Below are positions 29,585 to 43,580 of a stretch of DNA of 64,000 nt, in pieces. A program made the position numbers and the translations under genes. Below the pieces are notes generated by a model. It did no database searches and was not told the DNA's origin. It worked only from the letters and a program-made list of their open reading frames with translations. The first letter of the stretch is position 1. Every line of letters begins with the position of its first letter. The stretch is from NCBI RefSeq assembly GCF_009914755.1, contig NC_060939.1. One strand, given 5' to 3'. The stretch comes from the human T2T-CHM13v2.0 reference genome, Homo sapiens.

Positions 29585-30032
29585 CCTTTCTGTCTCTCTC
29601 TCTCTCTGTCCCTCTCTCTTTCTGTCTGTTCCTCTCTCTCTCTCTGTCTCTGTCTTTCTCTGTCTGTCTGCCTCTCTCTTTCTTTCTCTTTCTGTGTCTC
29701 TCTGTCTCTCTCACTGTGTGTGTGTCTCTGTCTCTGCCTCTCTCTCTCTCTCTCTCTCTGTCTGTCTCTCTCACTGTGTGTGTCTGTCTTCTGTCTTACT
29801 CTCCTTCTCTGCCTGTCCGTCTGTCTGTCTGTCTCTCCCTCTCTCTCCCTCCCTTTCTGTTTCTCTCTCTCTCTCTCTCTCTTTCTGTCTGTTTCTCTCT
29901 TTCTCTCTCTGTCTGTCTCTTTCTCTGTCTGTCTGTCTCTCTCTTTCTTTTTCTCTGTCTCTCTGTCTCTCTCTGTGCCTGTCTCTCTGTCTGTGCCTAT
30001 CTTCTGTCTTACTCTCTTTCTCTGGCTGACTG

Positions 30033-30073
<41 letters not shown>

Positions 30074-30174
30074 GTCTCCGTCCCTCCCTCCCTGTCTGTC
30101 TGTTTCTCTCTCTGTCCATTTCTGTCTGTCTCTTTCTCTTTCTCTCTCTTTCTTTCTCTCTGTCTCTCTCTGTC

Positions 30175-30233
<59 letters not shown>

Positions 30234-30441
30234 CTCTCTCACTGTGTCGGTCTTCTGTCTTACTCTCTTTCTCTGCCTGCCTCTCTGTCTGTCTGTCTGT
30301 CTCTCTCCCTCCATGTCTCTCTCTCTCTCTCTCTCACTCACTGTCTCTCCGTCTCTCTCTCTTTCTGTCTGTTTCTCTCTGTCTCTGTCTTTCTGTGTGT
30401 CTGTCTGTCTCTCTCTCTATTTGTCTTTCTCCCTCCCTGTC

Positions 30442-30482
<41 letters not shown>

Positions 30483-30555
30483 GTCTGTTTCTCTCTATCT
30501 CTCGCTGTCCATCTCTGTCTTTCTATGTCTGTCTCTTTCTCTGTCAGTCTGTCAG
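28866..30555 (+). repeat. CT/CTGT-rich satellite block 1
   Basis: Directly visible; 6 higher-order units. Confidence 0.95.
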
Positions 30556-30878
30556 ACACCCCCGTGCCGGGTAGGGCCCTGCCCCTTCCACGAAAGTGAG
30601 AAGCGCGTGCTTCGGTGCTTAGAGAGGCCGAGAGGAATCTAGACAGGCGGGCCTTGCTGGGCTTCCCCACTCGGTGTACGATTTCGGGAGGTCGAGGCCG
30701 GGTCCCCGCTTGGATGCGAGGGGCATTTTCAGACTTTTCTCTCGGTCACGTGTGGCGTCCGTACTTCTCCTATTTCCCCGATAAGCTCCTCGACTTCAAC
30801 ATAAACGGCGTCCTAAGGGTCGATTTAGTGTCATGCCTCTTTCACCGCCACCACCGAAGATGAAAGCAAAGATCGGCT

Positions 30879-31146
30879 AAATACCGCGTGTTCTCATCTA
30901 GAAGTGGGAACTTACAGATGACAGTTCTTGCATGGGCAGAACGAGGGGGACCGGGGACGCGGAAGCCTGCTTGAGGGAGGAGGGGTGGAAGGAGAGACAG
31001 CTTCAGGAAGAAAACAAAACACGAATACTGTCGGACACAGCACTGACTACCCGGGTGATGAAATCATCTGCACACTGAACACCCCCGTCACAAGTTTACC
31101 TATGTCACAGTCTTGCTCATGTATGCTTGAACGACAAATAAAAGTT
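30879..31146 (+). mobile_element. L1 3' end fragment, duplicate in LR2
   Basis: Near-identical to 27433-27700. Confidence 0.8.
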
Positions 31147-31205
31147 CGGGGGGGAGAAGAGAGGAGAGAGAGAGAGAGACGGGGAGAGAGGGGGGAGAGG
31201 GGGGG

Positions 31206-31254
<49 letters not shown>

Positions 31255-31344
31255 GTAAAACCAACCACCACCTCCTTGACCTGAGTCAGGGGGTTTCTGG
31301 CCTTTTGGGAGAACGTTCAGCGACAATGCAGTATTTGGGCCCGT

Positions 31345-31647
31345 TCTTTTTTTCTTCTTCTTCTTTTCTTTCTTTTTTTTTGGACTGAGTCTCTCTCGCT
31401 CTGTCACCCAGGCTGCGGTGCGGTGGCGCTCTCTCGGCTCACTGAAACCTCTGCTTCCCGGGTTCCAGTGATTCTTCTTCGGTAGCTGGGATTACAGGTG
31501 CGCACCATGACGGCCGGCTCATCGTTCTATTTTTAGTAGAGACGGGGTTTCTCCACGTTGGCCACGCTGGTCTCGAACTCCTGACCACAAATGATCCACC
31601 TTCCTGGGCCTCCCAAAGTGCTGGAAACGACAGGCCTGAGCCGCCGG
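31345..31647 (-). mobile_element. Alu in LR2
   Basis: Paralog of 27865-28165. Confidence 0.92.
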
Positions 31648-31914
31648 GATTTCAGCCTTTAAAAGCGCGGGCCCTGCCACCTTTCGCTGCGGCCCTTACG
31701 CTCAGAATGACGTGTCCTCTCTGCCATAGGTTGACTCCTTGAGTCCCCTAGGCCATTGCACTGTAGCCTGGGCAGCAAGAGCCAAACTCCGTCCCCCCAC
31801 CTCCCCGCGCACATAATAACTAACTAACTAACTAACTAACTAAAATCTCTACACGTCACCCATAAGTGTGTGTTCCCGTGAGGAGTGATTTCTAAGAAAT
31901 GGTACTGTACACTG

Positions 31915-32292
<378 letters not shown>

Positions 32293-32309
32293 CTACTGGG
32301 CTAGGGCCT

Positions 32310-32824
32310 TCTCTCTGTCTGTTTCTCTCTGTTCGTCTCTGTCTTTCTCTCTGTGTCTCTTTCTCTGTCTGTCTGTCTGTCTGTCTGTCTCTTTCTTTCT
32401 TTCTGTCTCTGTCTTTGTCCCTCTCTCTCCCTCTCTGCCTGTCTCACTGTGTCTGTCTTCTATCTTACTCTCTTTCTCTCCCCGTCTGTCTCTCTCTCAC
32501 TCCCTCCCTGTCTGTTTCTCTCTCTCTCTCTTTCTGTCTGTTTCTGTCTCTCTCTGTCTGCCTCTCTCTTTCTCTATCTGTCTCTTTCTCTGTCTGTCTG
32601 CCCCTCTCTTTCTTTTTCTGTGTCTCTCTGTCTGTCTCTCTCTCTCTCTGTGCCTATCTTCTGTCTTACTCTCTTTCTCTGCCTGTCTGTCTGTCTCTCT
32701 CTGTCTCTCCCTCCCTTTCTGCTTCTCTCTCTCTCTCTCTCTCTCCCCCCTCCCTGTCTGTTTCTCTCTGTCTCCCTCTCTTTCTGTCTGTTTCTCACTG
32801 TCTCTCTCTGTCTGTCTGTTTCAT

Positions 32825-32859
<35 letters not shown>

Positions 32860-32959
32860 GTCTCTCCCTCTCTGTGTGTATCTTTTGTCTTACTCTCCTT
32901 CTCTGCCTGTCCGTCTGTCTGTCTGTCTCTCTCTCTCCCTGTCCCTCTCTCTTTCTGTC

Positions 32960-33000
<41 letters not shown>

Positions 33001-33277
33001 GTCTTTCTCTGTCTGTCCCTTTCTCTGTCTGTCTGCCTCTCTCTTTCTCTTTCTGTGTCTCTCTGTCTCTCTCTCTGTGCCTATCTTCTGTCTTACTCTC
33101 TTTCTCTGCCTGTCTATCTGTCTGTCTCTCTCTGTCTCTCTCCCTGCCTTTCTGTTTCTCTCTCTCTCCCTCTCTCGCTCTCTCTGTCTTTCTCTCTTTC
33201 TCTCTGTTTCTCTGTCTCTCTCTGTCCGTCTCTGTCTTTTTCTGTCTGTCTGTCTCTCTCTTTCTTTCTGTCGTCTG

Positions 33278-33313
<36 letters not shown>

Positions 33314-33504
33314 TCCTTGTCTCTCTCACTGTGTCTGTCTTCTGTCTTACTCTCCTTCTCTGCCTGTCCATCTGTCTGTCTGTCTCTCTCTCTCTCTCCC
33401 TACCTTTCTGTTTCTCTCTCGCTAGCTCTCTCTCTCTCTGCCTGTTTCTCTCTTTCTCTCTCTGTCTTTCTCTGTCTGTCTCTTTCTCTGTCTGTCTGTC
33501 TCTT

Positions 33505-33549
<45 letters not shown>

Positions 33550-33792
33550 GCCTCTCTCACTGTGTCTGTCTTCTGTCTTATTCTCTTTCTCTCTCTGTCT
33601 CTCTCTCTCTCTCCTTTCCTGTCTGTTTTTCTCTCTCTCTCTCTCTTTCTGCCTGTTTCTCTCTGTCTGTCTCTGTCTTTCTCTGTCTGTCTGCCTCTCT
33701 CTTTCTTTTTCTGCGTCTCTCTGTCTCTCTCTCTCTCTCTCTGTTCCTATCTTCTGTCTTACTCTGTTTCCTTGCCTGCCTGCCTGTCTGTG

Positions 33793-33832
<40 letters not shown>

Positions 33833-33942
33833 CCTTTCTCTTTCTCTGTCTCTCTCTCTCTTTCTGGGTGTTTCTCTCTGTCTCTCTGTCCATCTCTGTC
33901 TTTCTATGTCTGTCTCTCTCTTTCTCTCTGTCTCTGTCTCTG

Positions 33943-33977
<35 letters not shown>

Positions 33978-34896
33978 GTCTCTCTCACTGTGTGTGTCTG
34001 TCTTCTGTCTTACTCTCCTTCTCTGCCTGTCCGTCTGTCTGTCTGTCTCTCCCTCTCTCTCCCTCCCTTTCTGTTTCTCTCTCTCTCTCTTTCTGTCTGT
34101 TTCTCTCTTTCTCTCTCTGTCTGTCTCTTTCTCTGTCTGTCTGTCTCTCTCTTTCTTTTTCTCTGTCTCTCTGTCTCTCTCTGTGTCTGTCTCTCTGTCT
34201 GTGCCTATCTTCTGTCTTACTCTCTTTCTCTGGCTGTCTGCCTGTCTCTCTCTCTCTCTCTGTCTGTCTCCGTCCCTCTCTCCCTGTCTGTCTGTTTCTC
34301 TCTCTGCCTCTCTCTCTCTCTGTCTGTCTCTTTCTCTGTCTGTCTGTCTCTCTCTTTCTTTTTCTCTGTCTCTCTGTCTCTCTCTGTGTCTGTCTCTCTT
34401 TCTGTGCCTATCTTCTGTCTTACTCTCTTTCTCTGGCTGTCTGCCTGTCTCTCTCTCTCTGCCTGTCTCCGTCCCTCCCTCCCTGTCTGTCTGTTTCTCT
34501 CTCTGTCTCTGTCTCTCTGTCCATCTCTGTCTGTCTCTTTCTCTTTCTCTCTCTCTGTCTCTGTCTCTCTCTCTCTCTGCCTGTCTCTCTCACTGTGTCT
34601 GTCTTCTGTCTTACTCTCTTTCTCTGCCTGCCTCTCTGTCTGTCTGTCTCTCTCCCTCCATGTCTCTCTCTCTCTCTCACTCACTCTCTCTCCGTCTCTC
34701 TCTCTTTCTGTCTGTTTCTCTCTCTGTCTGTCTCTCTCCCTCCATGTCTCTCTCTCTCTCTCTCTCACTCACTCTCTCTCCGTCTCTCTCTCTCTTTCTG
34801 TCTGTTTCTCTCTCTGTCTGTCTCTCTCCCTCCATGTCTCTCTCTCTCCCTCTCACTCACTCTCTCTCCGTCTCTCTCTCTCTTTCTGTCTGTTTC

Positions 34897-34957
<61 letters not shown>

Positions 34958-34990
34958 GTCTTTCTCCCTCCCTGTCTGTCTGTCTGTCTC

Positions 34991-35023
<33 letters not shown>

Positions 35024-35105
35024 TTCTCTTTCTGTCTGTTTCTCTCTATCTCTCGCTGTCCATCTCTGTCTTTCTATGTCTGTCTCTTTCTCTGTCAGTC
35101 TGTCA
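32310..35105 (+). repeat. CT/CTGT-rich satellite block 2
   Basis: Directly visible; 11 higher-order units. Confidence 0.95.
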
Positions 35106-35364
35106 GACACCCCCGTGCCGGGTAGGGCCCTGCCCCTTCCACGAGAGTGAGAAGCGCGTGCTTCGGTGCTTAGAGAGGCCGAGAGGAATCTAGACAGGCG
35201 GGCCTTGCTGGGCTTCCCCACTCGGTGTACGATTTCGGGAGGTCGAGGCCGGGTCCCCGCTTGGATGCGAGGGGCATTTTCAGACTTTTCTCTCGGTCAC
35301 GTGTGGCGTCCGTACTTCTCCTATTTCCCCGATAAGCTCCTCGACTTCAACATAAACTGTGAAG

Positions 35365-35575
35365 GCCGGACGCAACACGGCGAAACCCCGTCTCTACTAA
35401 AAATACAAAGCTGAGTCGGGAGCGGTGGGGCAGGCCCCTGTAATGCCAGCTCCTCGGGAGGCTGAGGCGGGAGAATCGCTTGAACCAGGGAAGCGGAGGC
35501 TGCAGGGAGCCGAGATCGCGCCACTGCACTACGGCCCAGGCTGTAGAGTGAGTGAGACTCGGTCTCTAAATAAAT
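35365..35575 (+). mobile_element. Alu with a large left-arm deletion
   Basis: GGCCGGACGC joined directly to AACACGGCGAAACCCCGTCTCTACTAAAAATACAAA. Confidence 0.88.
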
Positions 35576-35646
35576 ACGGAAATTAATTAATTCATTAATT
35601 CTTTTCCCTGCTGACGGACATTTGCAGGCAGGCATCGGTTGTCTTC

Positions 35647-35668
35647 GGGCATCACCTAGCGGCCACTG
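35647..35668 (-). promoter_or_regulatory. CTCF-like motif, ~28.9 kb downstream of TSS
   Basis: Reverse complement CAGTGGCCGCTAGGTGATGCCC. Confidence 0.6.
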
Positions 35669-36759
35669 TTATTGAAAGTCGACGTGACACGGAGGGAGGT
35701 CTCGCCGACTTCACCGAGCCTGGGGCAACGGGTTTCTCTCTCTCCCTTCTGGAGGCCCCTCCCTCTCTCCCTCGTTGCCTAGGGAACCTCGCCTAGGGAA
35801 CCTCCGCCCTGGCGGGGGCCCTATTGTTCTTTGATCGGCGCTTTACTTTTCTTTGTGTTTTGGCGCCTAGACTCTTCTACTTGGGCTTTGGGAAGGGTCA
35901 GTTTAATTTTCAAGTTGCCCCCCGGCTCCCCCCACTACCCACGTCCCTTCACCTTAATTTAGTGAGTCGGTTAGGTGGGTTTCCCCCAAACCGCCCCCCC
36001 CCCCCCGCCTCCCAACACCCTGCTTGGAAACCTTCCAGAGCCACCCCGGTGTGCCTCCGTCTTCTCTCCCCTTCCCCCACCCCTTGCCGGCGATCTCATT
36101 CTTGCCAGGCTGACATTTGCATCGGTGGGCGTCAGGCCTCACTCGGGGGCCACCGTTTTTGAAGATGGGGGCGGCACGGTCCCACTTCCCCGGAGGCAGC
36201 TTGGGCCGATGGCATAGCCCCTTGACCCGCGTGGGCAAGCGGGCGGGTCTGCAGTTGTGAGGCTTTTCCCCCCGCTGCTTCCCGCCTCAGGCCTCCCTCC
36301 CTAGGAAAGCTTCACCCTGGCTGGGTCTCGGTCACCTTTTATCACGATGTTTTAGTTTCTCCGCCCTCCGGCCAGCAGAGTTTCACAATGCGAAGGGCGC
36401 CACGGCTCTAGTCTGGGCCTTCTCAGTACTTGCCCAAAATAGAAACGCTTTCTGAAAACTAATAACTTTGCTCACTTAAGATTTCCAGGGACGGCGCCTT
36501 GGCCCGTGTTTGTTGGCTTGTTTTGTTTCGTTCTGTTTTGTTTTGTTCGTGTTTTTCCTTTCTCGTATGTCTTTCTTTTCAGGTGAAGTAGAAATCCCCA
36601 GTTTTCAGGAAGACGTCTATTTTCCCCAAGACACGTTAGCTGCCGTTTTTTCCTGTTGTGAACTAGCGCTTTTGTGACTCTCTCAACGTGCAGTGAGAGC
36701 CGGTTGATGTTTACTATCCTTCATCATGACATCTTATTTTCTAGAAATCCGTAGGCGAA

Positions 36760-36848
36760 TGCTGCTGCTGCTCTTGTTGCTGTTGTTGTTGTTGTTGTTG
36801 TCGTCGTTGCTGTTGTCGTTGTCGTTGTTGTTGTCGTTGTCGTTGTTT
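36760..36848 (+). repeat. (GCT)/(GTT)/(GTC) trinucleotide tract
   Basis: Directly visible. Confidence 0.9.
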
Positions 36849-36924
36849 TCAAAGTATACCCCGGCCACCGTTTATGGGATCAAAAGCATTATAAAATATG
36901 TGTGATTATTTCTTGAGCACGCCC

Positions 36925-37520
36925 TTCCTCCCCCTCTCTCTGTCTCTCTGTCTGTCTCTGTCTCTCTCTTTCTCTGTCTGTCTTCTCTCTCTCTCTCTCT
37001 CTGTGTCTCTCTCTCTCTGCCTGTCTGTTTCTCTCTCTCTGCCTCTCTCTCTCTCTCTCTCTCTGCCTGTCTCTCTCACTGTGTCTGTCTTCTGTCTTAC
37101 TCCCTTTCTCTGTCTGTCTGTCGGTCTCTCTCTCTCTCTCTCCCTGTCTGTATGTTTCTCTCTGTCTCTGTCTCTCTCTCTCTTTCTGTTTCTCTCTCTC
37201 CGTCTCTGTCTTTCTCTGACTGTCTCTCTCTTTCCTTCTCTCTGTCTCTCTCTGCCTGTCTCTCTCACTCTGTCTTCTGTCTTACTCTCTCTCTCTGCCT
37301 GCCTGTCTCTCTCACTCTCTCTCTCTGTGTGTCTCTCTCTCTCTTTCTGTTTCTCTCTGTCTCTCTGTCCGTCTCTGTCTTTCTCTGTCTGTCTCTTTGT
37401 CTGTCTGTCTTTGTCTTTCCTTCTCTCTGTCTCTGTCTCTCTCACTGTGTCTGTCTTCTGTCTTAGTCTCTCTCTCTCTCTCTCCCTGTCTGTCTGTCTC
37501 TCTCTCTCTCTCCCCCTGTC

Positions 37521-37565
<45 letters not shown>

Positions 37566-37838
37566 TTGTCTTTCTTTCTGTCTCTGTCTCTCTCTCTCTC
37601 TCTGTGTGTCTGTCTTCTGTCTTACTGTCTTTCTCTGCCTGTCTGTCTGTCTGTCTCTCTCTGTCTGTCTCTCTCTCTCTCTCCCCCCTGTCGGCTGTTT
37701 CTCTGTCTCTGTCTGTGTCTCTCTTTCTGTCTGTTTCTCTCTGTCTGTCTTTCTCTCTCTGTCTCTTTCTCTCTGTCTCTCTGTCTGTCTCTGTCTCTCT
37801 CTCTGTCTCTCTCTCTCTGTGGGGGGGTGTGTGTGTGT

Positions 37839-37875
<37 letters not shown>

Positions 37876-38126
37876 TGCCTTCTGTCTTACTCTCTTTCTC
37901 TGCCTGTCTGTCTGCCTGTCTGTTTGTCTCTCTCTCTCTGCCTGTCTCTCTCCCTTCCTGTCTGTTTCTCTCTCTTTCTGTTTCTCTCTGTCTCTGTCCA
38001 TCTCTGTCTTTCTCCGTCTGTCTCTTTATCTGTCTCTCTCCGTCTGTCTCTTTATCTGTCTCTCTCTCTCTTTCTGTCTTTCTCTCTCTGTGTATCGTTG
38101 TCTCTCTCTGTCTGTCTCTGTCTCTG

Positions 38127-38159
<33 letters not shown>

Positions 38160-38215
38160 GTCTGTCTGTCCGTCTGTCTGTCTCGGTCTCTGGCTCTCGC
38201 TATCTCCCGCCCTCT
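36925..38215 (+). repeat. CT-rich satellite block 3 with embedded (TG)n at ~37827-37874
   Basis: Same anchor motif as blocks 1 and 2. Confidence 0.93.
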
Positions 38216-39502
38216 CTTTTTTTGCAAAAGAAGCTCAAGTACATCTAATCTAATCCCTTACCAAGGCCTGAATTCTTCACTTCTGACATCCCAGATTTGA
38301 TCTCCCTACAGAATGCTGTACAGAACTGGCGAGTTGATTTCTGGACTTGGATACCTCATAGAAACTACATATGAATAAAGATCCAATCCTAAAATCTGGG
38401 GTGGCTTCTCCCTCGACTGTCTCGAAAAATCGTACCTCTGTTCCCCTAGGATGCCGGAAGAGTTTTCTCAATGTGCATCTGCCCGTGTCCTAAGTGATCT
38501 GTGACCGAGCCCTGTCCGTCCTGTCTCAAATATGTACGTGCAAACACTTCTCTCCATTTCCACAACTACCCACGGCCCCTTGTGGAACCACTGGCTCTTT
38601 GAAAAAAATCCCAGAAGTGGTTTTGGCTTTTTGGCTAGGAGGCCTAAGCCTGCTGAGAACTTTCCTGCCCAGGATCCTGTGTGACCAAAAGTGCCTCTGC
38701 TGGGAGCTGGGATCCTCGGGACCATGCTTGCTAGCGCTGGATGAGTCTCTGGAAGGACGCACGGGACTCCGCAAAGCTGACCTGTCCCACCGAGGTCAAA
38801 TGGATACCTCTGCATTGGCCCGAGGCCTCCGAAGTACATCACCGTCACCAACCGTCACCGTCAGCATCCTTGTGAGCCTGCCCAAGGCCCCGCCTCCGGG
38901 GAGACTCTTGGGAGCCCGGCCTTCGTCGGCTAAAGTCCAAAGGGATGGTGACTTCCACCCACAAGGTCCCCACTGAACGGCGAAGATGTGGAGCGTAGGT
39001 CAGAGAGGGGACCAGGAGGGGAGACGTCCCGACAGGCGACGAGTTCCCAAGGCTCTGGCCACCCCACCCACGCCCCACGCCCCACGTCCCGGGCACCCGC
39101 GGGACACCGCCGCTTTATCCCCTCCTCTGTCCACAGCCGGCCCCACCCCACCACGCAACCCACGCACACACGCTGGAGGTTCCAAAACCACACGGTGTGA
39201 CTAGAGCCTGACGGAGCGAGAGCCCATTTCACGAGGTGGGAGGGGTGGGGGTGGGGTGGGTTGGGGGTTGTGGGGTCTGTGGCGAGCCCGATTCTCCCTC
39301 TTGGGTGGCTACAGGCTAGAAATGAATATCGCTTCTTGGGCGGAGGGGCTTCCTTAGGCCATCACCGCTTGCGGGACTACCTCTCAAACCCTCCCTTGAG
39401 GCCACAAAATAGATTCCACCCCACCCATCGACGTTTCCCCCGGGTGCTGGATGTATCCTGTCAAGAGACCTGAGCCTGACACCGTCGAATTAAACACCTT
39501 GA

Positions 39503-39736
<234 letters not shown>

Positions 39737-39778
39737 TAGATTCGAGCCACACCTCATTCCGTGCCACAGAGAGACTTC

Positions 39779-42700
39779 TTTTTTTTTTTTTTTTTAAGCG
39801 CAACGCAACATGTCTGCCTTATTTGAGTGGCTTCCTATATCATTATAATTGTGTTATAGATGAAGAAACGGTATTAAACACTGTGCTAATGATAGTGAAA
39901 GTGAAGACAAAAGAAAGGCTATCTATTTTGTGGTTAGAATAAAGTTGCTCAGTATTTAGAGCTACCTAAATACGTCAGCATTTACACTCTTCCTAGTAAA
40001 AGCTGGCCAATCTGAATAATCCTCCTTTAAACAAACACAATTTTTGATAGGGTTAAGATTTTTTTAAGAATGCGACTCCTGCAAAATAGCTGAACAGACG
40101 ATACACATTTAAAAAAATAACAACACAAGGATCAACCAGACTTGGGAAAAAATCGAAAACCACACAAGTCTTATGAAGAACTGAGTTCTTAAAATAGGAC
40201 GGAGAACGTAGCTATCGGAAGAGAAGGCAGTATTGGCAAGTTGATTGTTACGTTGGTCAGCAGTAGCTGGCACTATCTTTTTGGCCATCTTTCGGGCAAT
40301 GTAACTACTACAGCAAAATGAGATATGATCCATGAAACAACATATTCGCAAATCAAAAAGTGTTTCAGTAATATAATGCTTCAGATTTAGAAGCAAATCA
40401 AATGATAGAACTCCACTGCTGTAATAAGTCACCCCAAAGATCACCGTATCTGACAAAATAACTACCACAGGGTTATGACTTCAGAATCATACTTTCTCTT
40501 GATATTTACTTATGTATGTATTTATTTTTTTTAATTTATTTCTCTTGAGACGGCGTCTCGCTCTGTCGCCCAGGCTGGAGTGCGATGGTGTGATCTCGGC
40601 TCACTGCAACCGCCACCTCCCTGGGTTCAAGCGATTCTCCTGCCTCAGCCTCCCGAGTAGCTGGGACTACAGGTGCCCGCCACCACGCCCAGCTAATCTT
40701 TATACTTTTAATAGAGACGGGGTTTCACCGTGTCGGCCCGGATGGTCTCGATCTCTTGACCTCGTGACCCGCCCGCCTCGGCCTCCCAAAGTGCTGGGAT
40801 GACAGGCGTGAGCCACTGAGCCCGGCCTTCTCTTGACGTTTAAACTATGAAGTCAGTCCAGAGAAACGCAATAAATGTCAACGGTGAGGATGGTGTTGAG
40901 GCAGAAGTAGGACCACACTTTTTCCTATCTTATTCAGTTGATAACAATATGACCTAGGTAGTAATTTCCTATGTGCCTACTTATACACGAGTACAAAAGA
41001 GTAAAACAGAGAGACTGCTAAATTAAAGGGTACGTGAAGTTCTTCATAGTAACTCCGTAAACTGGAACACTGTCAAAAAGCAGCAGCTAGTGAATTGTTT
41101 CCATGTATTTTTCTATGATCCAATAAGTGAACTATGCTATTCCTTTCCAGTCTCCCAAGCACTTCTTGTCCCCATCACCACTTCGGTGCTCGAAGAAAAA
41201 GTAACAAATCAAGGAACACAACTAAAGAAACACACACACAAACCAAAGACAACTACAGCGTCTGCAAAAGTTTGCTAGAAGACTGAAACTGTTGAGTATA
41301 AGGATCTGGTATTCTACGATGATCATGAGTTCACTTCAGAGTTTGTTCAAGACATACGTTTCGTAAGGAAACATCTTAGTTAGAAGTTATTCAGCAGTAG
41401 GTACCATCCCTAAGTATTTTTCACCAAATTCGTGACAATAAAGAGCTATCTAACCAGAAAAATTAGCGAGTACCGGCACCATCCATAGGGCTTTGTCTTT
41501 ACGCTTCATTAGCACTTACCATGCCTTACAATGTCTAGGATTGACCCTGATAGCATTTCGAAAACAAGCTAATGCTTTGTCCAGTTCTTCAGTGAAGACA
41601 AGCTCACGCCCTAATGCGCTATAGGCATAAGCATCATTTGGATCCACTTCGAGAGTTCTCTGGAAGAATTGAATCGCAATATCGTGTTCCCGTTGCAGAC
41701 CGAAACAGTTCCCTGCAGCACACCAGGCCTCTGGCTGGCGAATTTTTATCCATGTCTGTGAAGTCTTTGGACAGAACTGAAAGAGCAACCTCTTTCGGAG
41801 GATGCCAAAGTGTTGTAGAGTAGATCTCCATGCCTTCGACTCTGTAATTCTCAATCCTCCTAACCTCTGAGAATTGTCTTTCAGCTTGCGTGGACTCTGA
41901 AAGTTTACAATAGGCCCTTCCGATTTGGCACAGTACCCAACCGGTATTGCAGTGGTGAGAAGCTAGATGGCTCAAGATGCTGATAGCTTCTTTGCCGTGG
42001 TAAGAACACAAAGCTAAATAACCTTTCCCCCTTTCACGAAGAAGGCTCATCAAGCCTTCCGCTGCTGCTTTTTGTAGATTAAAAGCCTGAATCTGAGGCG
42101 CGATTGCGGCTATTTTCCCTTCTGAAATGACGGAAGAGTCCAATTTTGTCACTTCCAGGCTATCACTTATGTTCGGTGGAGTTATTGCTCCTTTATTAGT
42201 TTTACTTTTGGTTCTTCTGTTTGGGATTTTAGGTGGAAACTTCATTTTTAATTTTCTCCTATTCTCCTCGGTTGTGGAGCTGTCACTAGTCAAGAGTCGT
42301 GAATTTCTTCGAGGCGGTGCATTTGGGGGAGATGCCATAGTGGGGCTCAATACCTGAGGTGTTGCCCTTGTCGGCGGACCAGAACTTTGTGTTTTTGCAA
42401 GGACTGGAGTTACCTTTCGGCTCTTTCCCCTCTGCGAGAAGACAGACGGTGTTCCGGTTTGGCCGATTCTGGCAACAGGCTTTTCTGAAGGGGCTCCGGT
42501 GGATGGCACGTCAATGACAGACGGTGTCTCATACCAGTGCAGTTTTGTCAATAGGGTCCGTCTCCGGGACTTGGGGTTTCTAATGGCAAAATGCCAACAC
42601 TTGGGGTTAATGGACTAACAGCTGCTGGTCCTCCTAATAAACTTCGACCAGTTTTTGGTTTATGTTGAACCTGTTTAGATCATATGGAAGTTCCTGTTCC

Positions 42701-43580
42701 CAGTGGGACAGTATCAGGTGAAAGGACAGCTGAATCGATAGAAGACACTGGGGAGTCTGTATTCAAGGAGTACTTTGAATTGGAAGATTCTAAATTCCAT
42801 CCGTTTCATTCGACGGTGTCCTGGGGTGTTTCCGTAAGAACGGTCTCGGGCTGTCTGTGACATAAACTAGGACGAGGTCCAAGTGTTGTGGCGCAACACT
42901 TGGACAGGCAGTTGCTAAAGCTCTCTAGAGAGGTGAATCAAAATGTTTGGTCAGGATCTGGCTTTTCCCCCCTATTTCACATCATGATTCAAAGGGACAC
43001 CAGAGGAAAGGATTTCAACGAAGGCTCTTTTGGTCACATTCTGATCCTTTGGTAAGCCGATCTGTCTTGCAATATACATGTCCCGACGATGGAAGGGGAA
43101 AGCGAGCTGAATCACCAAACTCAGGAACGATAATATCATCGTGGCTTTTCTGCTTATGAAACACTCCACCCGATAAGATTTGATCCCCTTCTGCAAGCTT
43201 GCTGAGATCAACACAACATTTCGCAAGCAGGCATTTGCATTGCGGGGTAGTACAACTGTGTCCTTTCAAGAGTCTATATGTTTTATAGGCCTTTCCTGAG
43301 CGGTAAGAACAGGTCGCCAGTAAGAACAAGGCTTCTTCTGAGTGTACTTCTGCATAAAGGCGTTCTGCGGGGGAAACCGCATCTCGGTAGGCATAGTGGT
43401 TTAGTGCTTGCCATATAGCAGCCTGGACGGGTCCCTGCAGCACCGCCATCCTCGAGGCTCAGGCCCACTTTCTGCAGTGCCACAGGCACCCCCCCCCCCC
43501 CCCATAGCGGCTCCGGCCCGGCCAGCCTCGGCTCATTTAAAGGCACCAGCCGCCGTTACCGGGGGATGGGGGAGTCCGAG
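39779..43580 (-). pseudogene. CDC27P: CDC27 retro-pseudogene: 5'UTR, ATG at 43449, coding homology to 41519, then intron-like tail and poly(A)
   Basis: MAVLQGPVQAAIWQALNHYAYRDA.., KLKMKFPPKIPNR.. and AWCAAGNCF.. match CDC27/APC3; no introns in the coding part; in-frame TGA at 43015-43017 and frameshifts; T17 at 39779-39795; flanking direct repeats. Confidence 0.95.
40509..40827 (-). mobile_element. Alu nested in the CDC27 retrocopy tail
   Basis: Full Alu flanked by TTCTCTTGATATTTA (40494-40508) and TTCTCTTGACGTTTA (40828-40842). Confidence 0.93.

Noticed and set aside
39060-39275. C-rich and G-rich tracts as a long hairpin
   Set aside because: Complementarity is only low-complexity CCCCA/TGGGG matching; G4 potential is generic
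41634-43449. CDC27 ORF fragments as a functional gene
   Set aside because: Nonsense codon, frameshifts, missing C-terminus, poly(A) and TSDs indicate a retro-pseudogene
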